Assembly: GCA_009914755.4 (NCBI GenBank) | Contig: CP068257.2 | Coordinates: forward strand, 41,440,001 to 41,504,000 | DNA from: the human T2T-CHM13v2.0 reference genome, Homo sapiens | Direction: 5' to 3' | Length of the DNA stretch: 64,000 nucleotides | Shown here: positions 38,181 to 52,436 of the stretch, one piece after another | Layout of the letters: each line of letters opens with the position of its first letter | Position numbering within the stretch: the first letter of the stretch is position 1 | The notes under the pieces: generated by a model | Databases searched by the model: none | What the model was told of the DNA's origin: nothing | The model's input: the letters and a program-made list of their open reading frames with translations, nothing else | Position numbers and translations under genes: made by a program

Positions 38181-39216
38181 AAAAAAAGATTCCAGGTCCT
38201 TCCCATGGCCCATGAGGCCCTGTGAGAGCTCTCCCTGGCGTCCTCCCCAACCTTTTCCTGATCTCTTCCCAGCACACGTCTTCAACACCTGGGGAAGGAT
38301 GCCCAGGGTCCCTCCCTCTGGGGCCCCCCAGTACTCAGTCCTGAGTGACTGTGGGCCTGGTTTCACCCAGTGGCATGTGCAGCTTGCAGGTCATTCTGGT
38401 CAGGGGCCAGAGCGCCAGCAAGAAGTCTCTCTCTCTCTCATCACCCCTCTCTCTCCCTCCCTCCCTGTAAGCTGGCAGCATTTTGGGTGGGGGCTGCCCT
38501 GTCAGCCTGGCCCCCGTGAAGACAGCTCTGAGCTGCAGGACCGATGGCAGGCATGTAGGTGAGCGGGACATGAGTCCTGGGATTTCAGGGCTGTTGTGAC
38601 CTGGTGCTAGTCTTTCCTGACAACCCCAGTGTGTTCCTGGTTCCTGCCGCAGGAAATCTGCCCTCACTGCTCCACGCGCCAGGACGTGCCCTCCTCCTCC
38701 TCTTTCCGCACCTATCTCCTGGCTGCGGCTGCTCACTTGTACCTGCACCATTACTTACTGCTGTATTCTTTGCTTTTTCCAGACTGATGCACCCACCAGC
38801 TGCAAATCTTAGGCCAGCTACACCCAACACAGTTGAATATTGTGGACAAGCTGTGCCAGACAAAATCATACATGATTTCACTTCTAAAAGCAGGCAAAAC
38901 TGTCATGTTTAGTGAACCATATGTAGTTTGTAAAATAGTAAAAGCAAAACAAAATGATTATTGCAAACGTCAAGATAGTTGTTTCTTTTAGGGGGAGGAA
39001 GAATTTTATGGCCGGGGAGGGCTGGCCTGGATGCTGGCTTTGTGTTGCTTCTTGACCACGATGATCACCTTGCAATTGTCTTTTAAACCAGGTTTAGCTT
39101 TGAGGTACTTTGCTGTATGTATCATACATCTAATTAAAAATATAACAGACATGGAAGCCAGCTAAGAGATGCAACGTAAGCGTAACTGGGGGAACCATAA
39201 GAAACAATGTTGGCTG

Positions 39217-39490
<274 letters not shown>

Positions 39491-39747
39491 AACAACGTAA
39501 GAAAACTTAGAACAGATGAAGTATTTGATAGCATTCATCCTTGACTTCCTGGATTGAATCACACCCACTACTGGCAGATTTACCTTAACACGCTGCTGGA
39601 CTGTTTGCTAATATTGGATGTGGGGGTTTTGCATCCATATTCAGAACTGGGAGGCCCCTGTAGTTTTGTGGGCCATTTTGATCAGTATCACACTCAGTTC
39701 ATAGAATTTGGAAGCTGACCTTTTTTTCAGGTTGGAAAAATAAGTGA

Positions 39748-40205
<458 letters not shown>

Positions 40206-41443
40206 AACACATCTTCTCGTTGTTGGAGCTAGTTTGTTAGATTGTCTGTCACCTGCAGCGAACAGCACACTGGGACAGCCTGGTCCACTTAGGGTCTCTG
40301 AAGCGGTTCCCTCTTCTGCAGAGCGAGACGCTCCTATTTCTCAAGAGCTTGTGTGGGTCAACTGGGATAAAGAGCTAAAGAGGTCCCTTTTCTTCCTGCT
40401 TTGTCCCATGTCAACCACAACTCCCCTTGCTGGTGTCTGGATTTTCAGGGCAGGTAAAATTTACCTTCCATGCCCCCACAACCTGGTTCAGCTTTGCTAT
40501 TTCCAAAGCCCTTGAGATTCTAACCCCGCCATCCCCCTGGACCTCTCACTTCTCAGGCTGCTCATCTGGACCGAAGGGAGCTCTGGGAACAGAGCGGTGG
40601 TTCCTAGGAAGTGCTGCTTCGATTTGAGCCCCGCTTCTCCAGGGCAGAGGCACAGCATTCGCCAGGCAGGCACTGTGTCTTGCTCACCCCGTGGTGTGCA
40701 TGCATGTCCCAGCGTCCTGGCGGTGCTGGCCACTGGGTGGCTGCGAACCCCTGGAGCCTGGGAAACATGAAATAACAAGCCACTGCAGGGAGCGTCATAA
40801 CACGGAACACGCTCGACGGCTGTCCTCTCCTGGGTCCCCTGCGTTAGGCATGCAAACTTGGGTGCGCAGGGTAAAGCATGTGGGCTTTATTACTGCATTC
40901 CCTACTGTCATGTATGTTTAGATATTTCCAAAATAGAACTTTTATTTCATGAAATGATGGTGAAACTTGAGAGCAAGCTAAAAAGTCCCACTTGGCAAAT
41001 TAAAAGTTAGAAATCTTATGTTGATCCCGTCTTTGGTAAAATTTAGGTGGAATGTGAAATTCACGGTCTGGGAATAAAGTGCTTTTTAGGGCCATCCATA
41101 GCCACGTCCCGCATGGCTTGTTAGTGTTCTGAGACTCAAAGTCTTACCTTCCATCGCACAGGATCGAGAATCAGATTTTATAATTCTATTCTTCCTCTGT
41201 GCTTTGAATTGAGACTTTTTCCAGAAATCATTCTTAGGTTTATTCCCTTTTGGTAAATTCTAGTTCAATCCTGAACTAGAAAAGAGGCAGTGACCACCAT
41301 CACCCCTTTAGACACTGCCGTGGGCACACCACCAATACCTTCCCCATACTCAGTTCATTTGAAGGCAACAGATTTTCTCCAATTAGCAGGGCAATGACCC
41401 CATTAATCATGGTTTCAGAAATATTTAAAATGATCCTTATCTA

Positions 41444-41810
<367 letters not shown>

Positions 41811-42342
41811 GCTGCAGGGAGCACACAGTAACTTAGATAATTCAACACCACTGTTGAATCAGATGTGCTGATACCGTATTTAAAGTTTATTCTGGCAGCT
41901 GTTTGCCATTTGGTTTTATATCTCAGCAAACGTCATATAATATTCACGTAAGAAACAATTTACAGTGGTATTTGGACCTGAATTCATTATAAATCAAAAT
42001 TATTTCAAGTGGCTTTTATATTCTTCCTTTTTAAAAACAATCTGCCTGGCCCTAGCACCTGTATAAAAGCTTAACTCTATCTGCCACTGGTGGACCGCCT
42101 GGACTCATTTCACTGGGCTGCTCTTTCTCAACCATGATCCACGCACACCAGAGGGGCAGCAGTGCCTCATGGGCACTCAGGGTCATGCTCACCTTCCCAC
42201 CTCAACCGCATCATAGACCCACACTGGGGTGGGGGAGTGGGGACCAGGGTGACAGGCTTCCTGTGTGACTGTGAGCTCCTCTTACTACAATGTCTGAAGA
42301 CACTTTTTATGGCATTTTGATTCACATTTTATCATTTACTGG

Positions 42343-42600
42343 TTTTTTTTTTGGGACAGGGTCTCACTCTGTTGCCCAGGCTGGAGTACAGTGGCAATCA
42401 CACCTCACTGCAGCCTCGGCTTACCAGGCTTGGGTGGGTCCTCCCATCTCAGCCTCCCGAGTAGCTGAGACCACAGGCATGTGCCACCACACCCAGCTAA
42501 TTTTTTGATTTTTTGTTGAGATGGGGGTCTATGTTTGCTGCTCAGGCAGGTCTTGAACTCCTAGACTCAAGTGATCCTCCTGCCTCAGCCTCTCAAAGTC
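42343..42600 (-). mobile_element. Older, more diverged Alu (AluJ/S-like).
   Basis: polyT-gggacagggtctcactctgttgcccaggctggagtacagtggcaatcacacctcactgcagcctcggc...ctcaagtgatcctcctgcctcagcctctcaaagtc. Confidence 0.8.
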
Positions 42601-42775
42601 ATGTATATTTTAAATAAGCTTTCTGATTCTTAGCGGTTAAGAAATATAAAGTACAACTTTTGCCATCTTCCCTCCTTCAGACTGAGTGGAAATTAATAAA
42701 TGGCCATCACTGACCAAAGTTAAGGTAAAAGAAAAAAAAAGTTTGTACTTTTTTTGGAAACATGTCGAGTATAAG

Positions 42776-42990
42776 GACATAAACGAAACGGCCCACATCG
42801 CCAAACACTGCCACTAACCCATCTAAAATTACCATTTGCCCACCACCCACATCACCAAACACTGCCACTAACCCATCTAAAATTACCATTTGCCCACCAC
42901 CCACATCACCAAACACTGCCACTAACCCATCTAAAATTTCTGCCCACCACCCACATCGCCAAACACTGCCACCAACCCATCTAAAATTAT
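42776..42990. repeat. Intergenic minisatellite, about 4 copies of a ~50-58 bp unit.
   Basis: Repeating cccacatc(a/g)ccaaacactgccac(t/c)aacccatctaaaatt(accatt)tgcccaccac. The repetitive ORF 42707..42922 is its translation artefact. Confidence 0.85.
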
Positions 42991-43019
42991 CTGCCCACTA
43001 CTATAGTATACAAACCTAT

Positions 43020-43110
43020 TTTTTTCTAAGAGACAAGGTCTCACTGTGTTGCCCAGGCTGGAGTGCAGTGGCATGATCATAGCTCACTTCAGCCTCCCAG
43101 GTGAATCGAC
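43020..43110 (-). mobile_element. Alu fragment.
   Basis: tttttttctaagagacaaggtctcactgtgttgcccaggctggagtgcagtggcatgatcatagctcacttcagcctcccaggtg. Confidence 0.7.
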
Positions 43111-44034
43111 ACCATCACCTTCTTGAACTTCATCACATACAAATGGGCTTTCATGAGATGGTCAAGTAGTATGTCCTGCCAATCTTCACTGGGTGTGTAG
43201 TTAGGGCCCAGCCACTCCCCTACTCCACCAGCAGGGTCTGTCACTGAGCCCCCACAAGGAGCAGAGCAGGGCAGGAGAGCCTGGGTGACTCCCACCTAGA
43301 GCCAGGAGGTTTTTGAGGATGAGGTATGTGGACACGTGGGCATGGTTTGGGATGGCCTCACTTGGAACGTTTTGGTCTTAGGAATGAAATGCTCAGCCCC
43401 CAGCACTGACTTGTGGCAGGTGCCCCAGACCGGTCAGCTGGCTGTCACCATAGTCACACCACCAGCACGCGCCACCCGAGTAGCTTGGGGAAAGTAATAC
43501 CAGAGTGTCTAAAGGCGGATCTGCACCGCAGGCTTCTGTGTCTCCCACAGCCATTGGCATAAGGAAACACGGACACGGACTACTGGCCCTCAGTGTGCCG
43601 TGTGAGCATCCACGCTCCCTCCCACGAACACATGGGGTTCTTGACACAAACTCGCAGGAACGAGAAGGTAACATGGGTCGGGCCCACCCACTGTGTCTCA
43701 CCACAGATCAGCCTTCTTCCCAACATCAGTGCAGTCTACAGCGTGTCTACTGATTATAGCTAAGCACTTCTTCACTAACCAGTTAGAAAAGAAACCCCAA
43801 AAGGCTTTCCATGACAGCCTCGAGAAATTCCGGATTATTTAGCATGTAGATCTCACCTGGTATGTGTTTTATTTCATGCCCTAAGATAAAAAATATTATT
43901 TCATTTATACTCAAAGTGGTGGATGGATATTAATCTTTACCTCCAAGATGACTAGCAGATTTATAAAGAAAAAGAAATTTAAAGAACTTCCACAAGAAAT
44001 AAGTTACACCAAGAATACTGTTATCACTACAAAT

Positions 44035-44040
44035 TTTATT
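44035..44040 (-). terminator. U2AF1: U2AF1 polyadenylation signal AATAAA (minus strand), ~120 nt after the stop codon. Cleavage is expected near 44010-44025.
   Basis: Plus-strand tttatt at 44035-44040, downstream in transcript sense of TGA at 44164-44162. This is consistent with the short U2AF1 3' UTR. Confidence 0.7.
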
Positions 44041-44161
44041 CAGAAACCCATCTTTGTATGTTTTTTTTTTTGTTGTTTTTTAAAAAAAATTCCCCTTATG
44101 AACTGGTTTGGTCAATCAACTACAACACTTTCTAGCAGACATAAGGTAAAAATGGCATGGC

Positions 44162-44309
44162 TCAGAATCGCCCAGATCTTTCACGATCTCTCGACCGCCT
44201 CCTGTCACGCTCCCGTCCGCCGCCACCTCCACCACCGCCACCGCCACCGCCACGACCACGGTCTCTAGACCGAGAACGACGCTCCCGGGATCGGGATCTT
44301 GATCTATGC
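44162..44309 (-). CDS. U2AF1: U2AF1 coding exon 8 (aa 193-240 plus TGA), the RS domain with a Gly12 tract.
   Basis: gcag|G CAT AGA TCA AGA TCC CGA TCC CGG GAG CGT CGT TCT CGG TCT AGA GAC CGT GGT CGT GGC GGT GGC GGT GGC GGT GGT GGA GGT GGC GGC GGA CGG GAG CGT GAC AGG AGG CGG TCG AGA GAT CGT GAA AGA TCT GGG CGA TTC TGA = (K)HRSRSRSRERRSRSRDRGRGGGGGGGGGGGGRERDRRRSRDRERSGRF*. Confidence 0.95.
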
Positions 44310-45530
44310 CTGCAACCAAGGAAAATAAAGAAAACCGTGCCATCCAAACCACGGCACGCAGCACAGAACCACACCCACTCTCTCAACACGCGCAGCTCCT
44401 CAAGCCAACGGCACTGATAAGGAAAAACACTGCTGAAGAGACTGCACGCCGTGACTGAGACACACCCTGATTTCAGGTGTGAAAAGTTTCAGGAGAAAAA
44501 AATGTGCAACTTAGAAGTGAACAGGTGTAATACCTTGCATCTTCTGTCTTCTTCTAGAACCAACTCAAATGGTCACAGGAAATCATAATCAAAATGAGCT
44601 GGACACATACCATCTTCAACCCTCACTGACCCCACGCTTCAGGCGCTCATAGCTACTGTGTCCATCAGGTTTTTGGGCTGGGGAGAGCAGGCCTGTTTTT
44701 CTCTTATGCTTCTTGAATGCTGACAATAAAACAATCGCCACCCATCTATTTACTAGTCCATGTTTAACAGAAGAGGGATGAGAACCTCTCCAGACTCAGA
44801 ACTCAATCGGTTCGATTCTGACGTCTTGATTTTCTCTGCTCTGTGACCTGTCGTACATTTAAATGTAGGATCAGAGAGATGTGACCGCTGGGCCTGATTC
44901 TGCCAGTGTCCCGAAGGGAGGATGCCAGCGATCCCAAGACATAATGAAATGCCCTAAAACCAACAAGCAAAACCAAAAGAAACCCCAGTGGACATGTGAA
45001 ATATGTAAAGCAAAAGCTTGTCCAACCTGCAGCCCAACACAAATTCATCAACTTGCTTAAAACATTATGAGATTTTTTTTGCAATTAAAAAAAAAGTTAT
45101 CAGCTATCATTAGTGTATTTTATTTGTGACCCAAGACAATTCTTCTTCCAATGTGTCCCAGGGAAGCCATCCCTGATCTAAAGGAGGTTACAACATCTAT
45201 TCTTCTTCTTCGTAATATCTGGGAGAATAAACTGCATGCCCACTTTCACCACGAGCCTCATGTCCGCGGCTGCCCAGCTAACCGCCCTCTTGCTTGATTA
45301 CTAAGATCTGATCTCTACTTGAGAAGTTGGATAATGAAGTTACCTGTGTGCAGGTGAATATTCTTCTCCAAAGAGGACATTTGGATATTTAAAAATATGT
45401 ACTATGTTCTAAGCACTGCCTTTTAAAAAACAGAAACAACACCTATGCCAAAATTTTTTTTTTGGAAGGGGGAGGGTTGTGAGGGGAGAAAGAAGCCACT
45501 GAGCTTAACAACGGGCACAGGAATACTCAC

Positions 45531-45623
45531 TTCTTGCGACGGCGGCCATACAGCTCCCGCCGCAGCTCTCTGGAAATGGGCTTCAAATGCATGAAGTTGC
45601 AGAAGCCGCCTCGTGTGCATTCT
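45531..45623 (-). CDS. U2AF1: U2AF1 coding exon 7 (aa 162-191).
   Basis: cccacag|A GAA TGC ACA CGA GGC GGC TTC TGC AAC TTC ATG CAT TTG AAG CCC ATT TCC AGA GAG CTG CGG CGG GAG CTG TAT GGC CGC CGT CGC AAG AA|gtgagt = ECTRGGFCNFMHLKPISRELRRELYGRRRK. Confidence 0.95.
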
Positions 45624-45714
45624 CTGTGGGTGGGTTGGAAGGAGACATTTACTACCTCGTGTGCACACGGCCCCGAACTGTGCTCAGTCACGTCACTGGC
45701 CACTCCTCACTCAC

Positions 45715-45848
45715 CCCATCTCATACTGACGGCAGCAGGCTTCTCTGAAGTCCGTCACGGGTGACAGCTCGGCGTGGATCGGCTGTCCATTAAACCAACG
45801 GTTATTCAAGTCAATCACAGCCTTTTCCGCATCTTCCTCACGGCGAAA
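45715..45848 (-). CDS. U2AF1: U2AF1 coding exon 6 (aa 117-160). Contains the R156/Q157 zinc-finger hotspot; the Q157 codon CAG lies at 45728-45726.
   Basis: ttttcag|TTT CGC CGT GAG GAA GAT GCG GAA AAG GCT GTG ATT GAC TTG AAT AAC CGT TGG TTT AAT GGA CAG CCG ATC CAC GCC GAG CTG TCA CCC GTG ACG GAC TTC AGA GAA GCC TGC TGC CGT CAG TAT GAG ATG GG|gtgagt = FRREEDAEKAVIDLNNRWFNGQPIHAELSPVTDFREACCRQYEM(G). Confidence 0.95.
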
Positions 45849-46499
45849 CTGAAAAGACAAAAACAGAAGTGCTTGCCATCCACGCTTTAATAAGACTTTC
45901 TCAATTACCAATCCAAGTATGTATCAGAGAGAGATATACACACTCAGGTATAGTAAGGTGGAATAGTATTACAGGATAATTGAAAAATCCTTTATTTTCA
46001 ATGAGATTAACTTCAAGATAGTCCAAGATTTTGCCAAATGTTGCCTTCATTTTTCAAATTCAACTGGTTAAAGGAGCAAATATGGCTGTGTAGGCAAATA
46101 AAGTTTTATTCACTAAAAAAGAAAAAAGAAACCAAACATGTGAGTAAACCTAACTTTTCCTTAGTCCACACAGCTTCTAAACCAACAGGTACTAAATATT
46201 CTACACTGAAATAACGATGGCTGTGGTGTACGGTCCGTCCTTCAGTTCTGCTGGCTGGGCGCACGTGTGGGCTGGCCACCGCCACATATGACGCAGCCGG
46301 TAGGCGCCGAGCCAGTGCACCTGAGCCCTGCTGTGCGCCTGAGCATCCAGGATCTCAAGGTGCATGGCGACAGGCACCCCATCCTCTGTCGGCCTTGGCC
46401 CCGGCACACTAAGCGGCTGCACCACTGTCTCGCTTTCGCCTGTTGGCCTTGGCCCCGGCACACTAAGCGGCCACGCCGCCGTCTCGCCCTGGCTCCTAC

Positions 46500-46598
46500 C
46501 TTGACGTACACGTTCCCCACCAGGTGGTCTCCCAGGTTGTCACAGACGTTCATCTCCTCTACTTCCCCATACTTCTCCTCCATTTCTGTAAAAACCTC
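46500..46598 (-). CDS. U2AF1: U2AF1 coding exon 5 (aa 84-116).
   Basis: ccttcag|GAG GTT TTT ACA GAA ATG GAG GAG AAG TAT GGG GAA GTA GAG GAG ATG AAC GTC TGT GAC AAC CTG GGA GAC CAC CTG GTG GGG AAC GTG TAC GTC AAG|gtagga = EVFTEMEEKYGEVEEMNVCDNLGDHLVGNVYVK. Confidence 0.95.
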
Positions 46599-46755
46599 CT
46601 GAAGGGAGACCACAGTGGTTTAAGACTCGTTATACACTACAAAGTGTCATTAGATATAACTCATGTATGTTTATTAGCAGAGAAACATTTTAAATCCTTC
46701 CAAACAGATACAGAAGATCAACAGGTCTATCAGTCACAGAGTTCAGTTCTCTCAC

Positions 46756-46805
46756 CTCAAAAAACTCATCATAGTGTTCCTGCATCTCCACATCGCTCAC
46801 GGCAC
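46756..46805 (-). CDS. U2AF1: U2AF1 coding exon 4 (aa 68-83; completes Cys67).
   Basis: tttgcag|GT GCC GTG AGC GAT GTG GAG ATG CAG GAA CAC TAT GAT GAG TTT TTT GAG|gtgaga = (C)AVSDVEMQEHYDEFFE. Confidence 0.95.
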
Positions 46806-47032
46806 CTGCAAACAACAGAAATCTTGCTGGTTAGAACATGTTAACCGAGTGAACTCTTGTGTTTAAACTCAAACTGCTACAGTAACACACACGAGATTAT
46901 CTAGAGAAAAGCCTGGCAGAGCTGCACTCTGCAGGAGCACTCAGGAGACTGAGCCACATGGCTACTTGTGAATGGTGTCAAGTGTGGTGAGATTTTAAAT
47001 GTCCCCATGACAGTCTCGATTCTGGCTACTAA

Positions 47033-47430
<398 letters not shown>

Positions 47431-47737
47431 CTCAAACTAAGAAATATTAAAATTTTCTTCCTTTTAAGATTTAGAGTAAAGGCCAAATAAGCACACTGAT
47501 GTCTTCCCCTCTTCTATAAGTTTAAAATGAAACCTGAAAGCAGGGTCGATGATTAAAAGCTGATGTTCCTAACTAGTCTTTTATGGACTGCCAGCCATGG
47601 TATGCTCTCAAATTCTTCTGATGTGATTAAAATCCAAGCAACCATGAAGATTCAGTAGGACAGTTCACGCAACCTTACGGTATTGTGGACGCCCTCAAGT
47701 AAAGGGAATGTTACAATGTTTTGCTGATGAAAGCATT

Positions 47738-48038
47738 CTTTTTTTTTTCTTTTTTTTGAGACGGAGTCTCACTCTGTCGCCCAGGCTGGAGTGCGGTGGC
47801 GCAATCTCGGCTCACTGCAACCTCCGCTTCCTGGGCTCATGCGATTCTCTGCCTCAGCCTCCTGAGTAGCTGGGATTACAGGCGCCCACAACCACGCCCG
47901 GCTAATTTTTGTATTTTTAATAGAGATGGGGTTTCACCATCTTGGCCAGGCTAGTCTTGAACTCCTGACCTCGTGATCCACCTGCCTCGGCCTCCCAAAG
48001 TGCTGGGATTACAGGTGTGAGCCACCGTGCCCGGCGCA
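47738..48038 (-). mobile_element. Alu (young-looking) in U2AF1 intron 3.
   Basis: polyT-gagacggagtctcactctgtcgcccaggctggagtgcggtggcgcaatctcggctcactgcaacctccgc...gggattacaggtgtgagccaccgtgcccggcg. Confidence 0.9.
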
Positions 48039-48185
48039 AGTATTCTTAAGTTTTATATTCCCAAACTATTTTCATCAGTTTATTCTTCATAATTCACATG
48101 TATTAGGTAAAATCATGTCTGTTGCGTGGGTAAATTTGGCAAATTTACACTCTATCCCCATCATCATTCTATCAAATTTAATTAA

Positions 48186-48504
<319 letters not shown>

Positions 48505-48692
48505 TAAACCTGAGAAATCACAGAGCTGGTGTATCAACAAACATGTTCCAATCAGCTAGATTAGGGGCTGGCAAAAGCCTGACTGGTTTCCAGATTGGGC
48601 CGGCTGCCTTAGCCTGTGCACCCAACGTGGGCATCTGACTGCTGGCACACGGGTCTTTGAGCTTGCTCAAAACTCTTTTTATCTTTTTTTTT

Positions 48693-48888
48693 TTTTTTTT
48701 TTGAGACAGCGTCTCACTGTCTCCAGGCTGGAGTGCAATGGCGTGATCTTGGCTAATTTTTGTAGTTTTAGTAGAGACGGGGTTCCACCATGTTGGCCAG
48801 GATGGTCTCAATCTCTCGACCTCGTGATCCACTTGCCTCGGCTTTCCAAAGTGCTGGGATTACAGGTGTGAGCCACCGTGCCCGGCCC
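48693..48888 (-). mobile_element. Alu with an internal deletion, in U2AF1 intron 3.
   Basis: polyT-gagacagcgtctcactgtctccaggctggagtgcaatggcgtgatcttggctaatttttgtagttttagtagagacggggttccacc...gggattacaggtgtgagccaccgtgcccggcc. Confidence 0.85.
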
Positions 48889-50989
48889 CCTTTTTATCTT
48901 TGAAGATAAAAAATAACTTCTTATTTTCTAATTCTGAGAATGATTTAAGTTCACTTTCTAACCTATCCGGGGCTGTTTTAATTATTTTTGAACTTCCAGG
49001 AATCTGCTTTCGAACCCAAATTTTATTAAGTGTAACTACTCGGACAGCCTGCCAATCATATCACAGGATATCCCAATTGGAAAGCTATTGGGAATGTACC
49101 TTCCTCCCCGAGTAGAAATCAAGTTATAAACGGCCAAAGTAGCCTATTCCAAAGGGCAGATTTTAATATTTCAAATTCACTTCCTTCCCACATAAGAAGA
49201 ATGTGAAGAGGAGAAAATTATTCACATGCTCAAAGTTTTAGCAGGTTTGAGAAATGGTTTTGGGGTGATTATTTTAAATTATTGGCTATATTTGTTCTGC
49301 TTAAAATGTTTCAATCAAAGTGACTTGAAAGGCAGAGACAACTGCATTAAGATACAATTAAAAACTTATTTGTGACTCAGCCTATGTTAAATACTACAAC
49401 TTGGAAAATAAAGCAGTTTTCTTACAGAAATATCATTCTTAAACTGGGATTGATAGTTAACTTTAACCCACGCATTTGAAGCTTATTTTTTTACATACTA
49501 AAGGGTATGTTGAAAAGAGCCAGTAATTTTAGGTAATTGATTTCTTCCTAAAATGACGAATTAGAATTTCATCTAATTTGTACAATCTGGACTCCAGAAT
49601 TGGAATATAACGTAATTGCTAAACTTTTAGTTTGTAGCATATGGAAAACAAAAGTGCTGTGAACTGCAAATAAAGACACAATGAAAACTAATACAACATT
49701 CTATTGTCAGTCAAGAAAGCATATACAGTCCCCAAATAAACGATCAGGGCAAAGAATTAATTACTGTTACTCAGTCATGTACTTCCATTCACTTTTATCC
49801 CAGGGCAGGGTTGTTAACAAAAATTATTTAATAAGTGCATATAGAAACAATTTCCCTCCGCCTATTGATCTTATTTCCTTAAAAAACAAAAGAAAACAAA
49901 CAAACAAAAAAACAGGTATTTTAAACCAAGGGTTACCAAGTAAATCCTGCTACCATCCGACTCAGGGAAAGAAATCTCTACTATCAGGTCAGTATTAGCA
50001 CTGAAAAGCATTTAGTGTCTTGGCAGGAAAAGTTGACAAGAAAATCTCATCCACACATAGAAATGTGCACCACTGTGCAAGGAAGCACAATCCCCAGGCC
50101 ACCCAGTGCAGGGCCAGCTCGAGAGGGGAATGCCCCCTGGGATCAGCTACCCCATGTCGGTCACCCCATTAACTGAGGGGCTCTGGTTCAAGGGTGTACT
50201 CAATTTAGGCTTGTGGATATCCAAGGGCACCTCAATTTTTACTGCTTTAAAACAGAATGGTGAATGGGAAGTGCCTATCTTTGGTTTGGACTTTCTGATT
50301 TTAACAAGAGTCCAGGTGTTCATTTTAATTTATCCATAAATGACTAAATTCTAATGATTCTATAGTTGGATGGCTGTAAAAATCAAATTTTAGTTTTCTG
50401 AACTTCCCAATCATACTCATCTATGATATCTCCTTCTCTAAAAATTATCATTAGGTAAATATTCACAATCTAAATTTAGTATTTCCCAGTACAGGAAGAT
50501 ATTGGTACCATCTACTGAATGCCCAGTTTTGATCTATTTCTAAATGGAGCAAACCAATTCCATCTCCTAGAGCTGGAGACTGTATCCAGGCAGTGTGTGG
50601 ACAGAACGGACAATCTTTTCTGCCAAGGGCCTATTTGAGTGGAGCACCCCCACACGGGTTAGACGGGTCGGCACGGGGCTGGTGGGTGAGGAACTCAGGG
50701 GTCAGTGCAAGCTGCAGACCCTCATTTGGGGAACGCTCTCAGCACAATGCTCTTACAACTACAGGGTGCACTCCAAAATGGAGTTCAAGGAAAAAAGGCT
50801 AATGAGAAATAAAATCTGAAAAAATAACTTAAAAAGTTTGCTTTTTAAAAATTCCAGAAAGTGAGAGAAACATTCAAATTTTGTTGCTCTAAGAGGGAAG
50901 AATATGACTCGACGTTTAATTCCAGTACATTCCCTCTAGGATGACGGCCAAAGTAAAGGAAGAAGGGGCAGCAGCAGCTCCAGACTGGT

Positions 50990-51292
50990 TTTTTTTTTTT
51001 TTTTTTTTTTTTGGAGACGGAGTCTCACTCTGTCGCCCAGGCTGGAGTGCAGCGGCACGATCTCAGTTCACTGCAACCTCCGCCTCCCGGGTTCAAGCGA
51101 TTCTCTGCCTCAGCCTCCCTAGAAGCTGGGATTGCAGGCATCTGCCACCACGCCCAGCTAATTTTTGTATCTTTAGTAGAGATGGGGTTTCACCATGTTG
51201 GCCAGATTGGTCTTGAACTCCTGACCTCATGATCCACCCGCCTCGGCCTCCCAAAGTGCTGGGATTACAGGCGTGAGCCACCGCGCCCGGCC
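50990..51292 (-). mobile_element. Alu (young-looking) in U2AF1 intron 3, ~230 bp downstream (transcript sense) of the exon 3 donor.
   Basis: polyT-ggagacggagtctcactctgtcgcccaggctggagtgcagcggcacgatctcagttcactgcaacctccgcctcccgggttcaagcgattctc...gggattacaggcgtgagccaccgcgcccggcc. Confidence 0.9.
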
Positions 51293-51523
51293 CAGCTCTA
51301 GACTGTTTTAAAGGGCACCCTTTCCAGTTACTTTTTCCCTTTTAACACACGGTGGGAGTTCAAATCTCCAAAAGAGGTTTCCATGGGGTCAGTGGGACGA
51401 AAGCTCCTTGCCACCTCTAGTGAAACGCGGTCCTTGACACTAGCACGGCAGACCAGATGGAGTGGACACTGAGCTCTGACACGCAAGCCCAGGGAACCGG
51501 GGAAGGAACTTGTATGAACTTAC

Positions 51524-51590
51524 AGCGCAAACCGTCAGCAGACTGGGAAGAGTTTTGAGGGTTACGGTAAATGTTCAAGAGGGCAATGGT
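51524..51590 (-). CDS. U2AF1: U2AF1 exon 3 (67 nt, aa 45-66). This is the constitutive U2AF35a member of the mutually exclusive exon pair.
   Basis: tatttcag|ACC ATT GCC CTC TTG AAC ATT TAC CGT AAC CCT CAA AAC TCT TCC CAG TCT GCT GAC GGT TTG CGC T|gtaagt = TIALLNIYRNPQNSSQSADGLR(C). Confidence 0.95.
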
Positions 51591-52436
51591 CTGAAATACA
51601 AAACGCAACAACTTTATATTATGGAAAATTAAAGGTAAACACTTAACCGGCTGCCTCTGGCAAGTGCTTCAGTTGAGATTCAGTGCTGAAAAGAGAGCAA
51701 GTTATTTTCTGGAGAAGCAGAGGCGTTTTCTCAGTTGGCGGCTGCCTTGAATCCCTAACACTGCGGTGTAACGGAGGTCTCATGATATGCCCATCTTGTA
51801 CTTCTGCTTACAGAACGTGAAAACTCTCCTTTTCAAAATTCCAATTCAGGTAAAAGCACAAATAGTTTGCCAGGCTAGCACCAAAATGTTCTTAGATGTG
51901 GCAGAAAATTTTTAATGAACTCGGAAAGAATAATGCTTACATAAACTGATGGAAAAAATTACTGTATTAGAGAAATACAATTGTTACATATCATGAAATC
52001 TCCACTTCCTGGAGGAAAAATTATAATGGTGAAATAAAACCCACACTTACTGGGCAACTTACCTTATTGATTCCTTAATATTCCTAAGAGTTTTAATTTT
52101 ACACAAAGAACTTAATAAAGGCCAGGGGTTCAGTCACTGTAAAGACCAATGAATGGCTCAAAATGTTGAAATCCGTTTCACATGGACGGACCTGCTCTCA
52201 TGACAAATGTCAATCAATGGAGGTGGCCGGGCCAGTGACCCTCCCTAGAAGGGATAAGCCTCCTGAACGTGGCCAAGTATCAAGTTCTTGCTGTGTGCGC
52301 CAAGGAGTTCCAGCACCTTGTCCTGTTTGCAACAGCTCTATGTCAGCAGCTCAGAAGCCAACATTATTTGTCTCAATTAAGAGTGGGCTCTTTAACACCA
52401 TTGTTTTAAAAAAATTTCTCCAACTGTGGGACTTAC

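Noticed and set aside
42707-42922. 71-aa ORF with the repeated VAVFGDVGGGQMVILDGL motif.
   Set aside because: Translation artefact of the 57-bp minisatellite.
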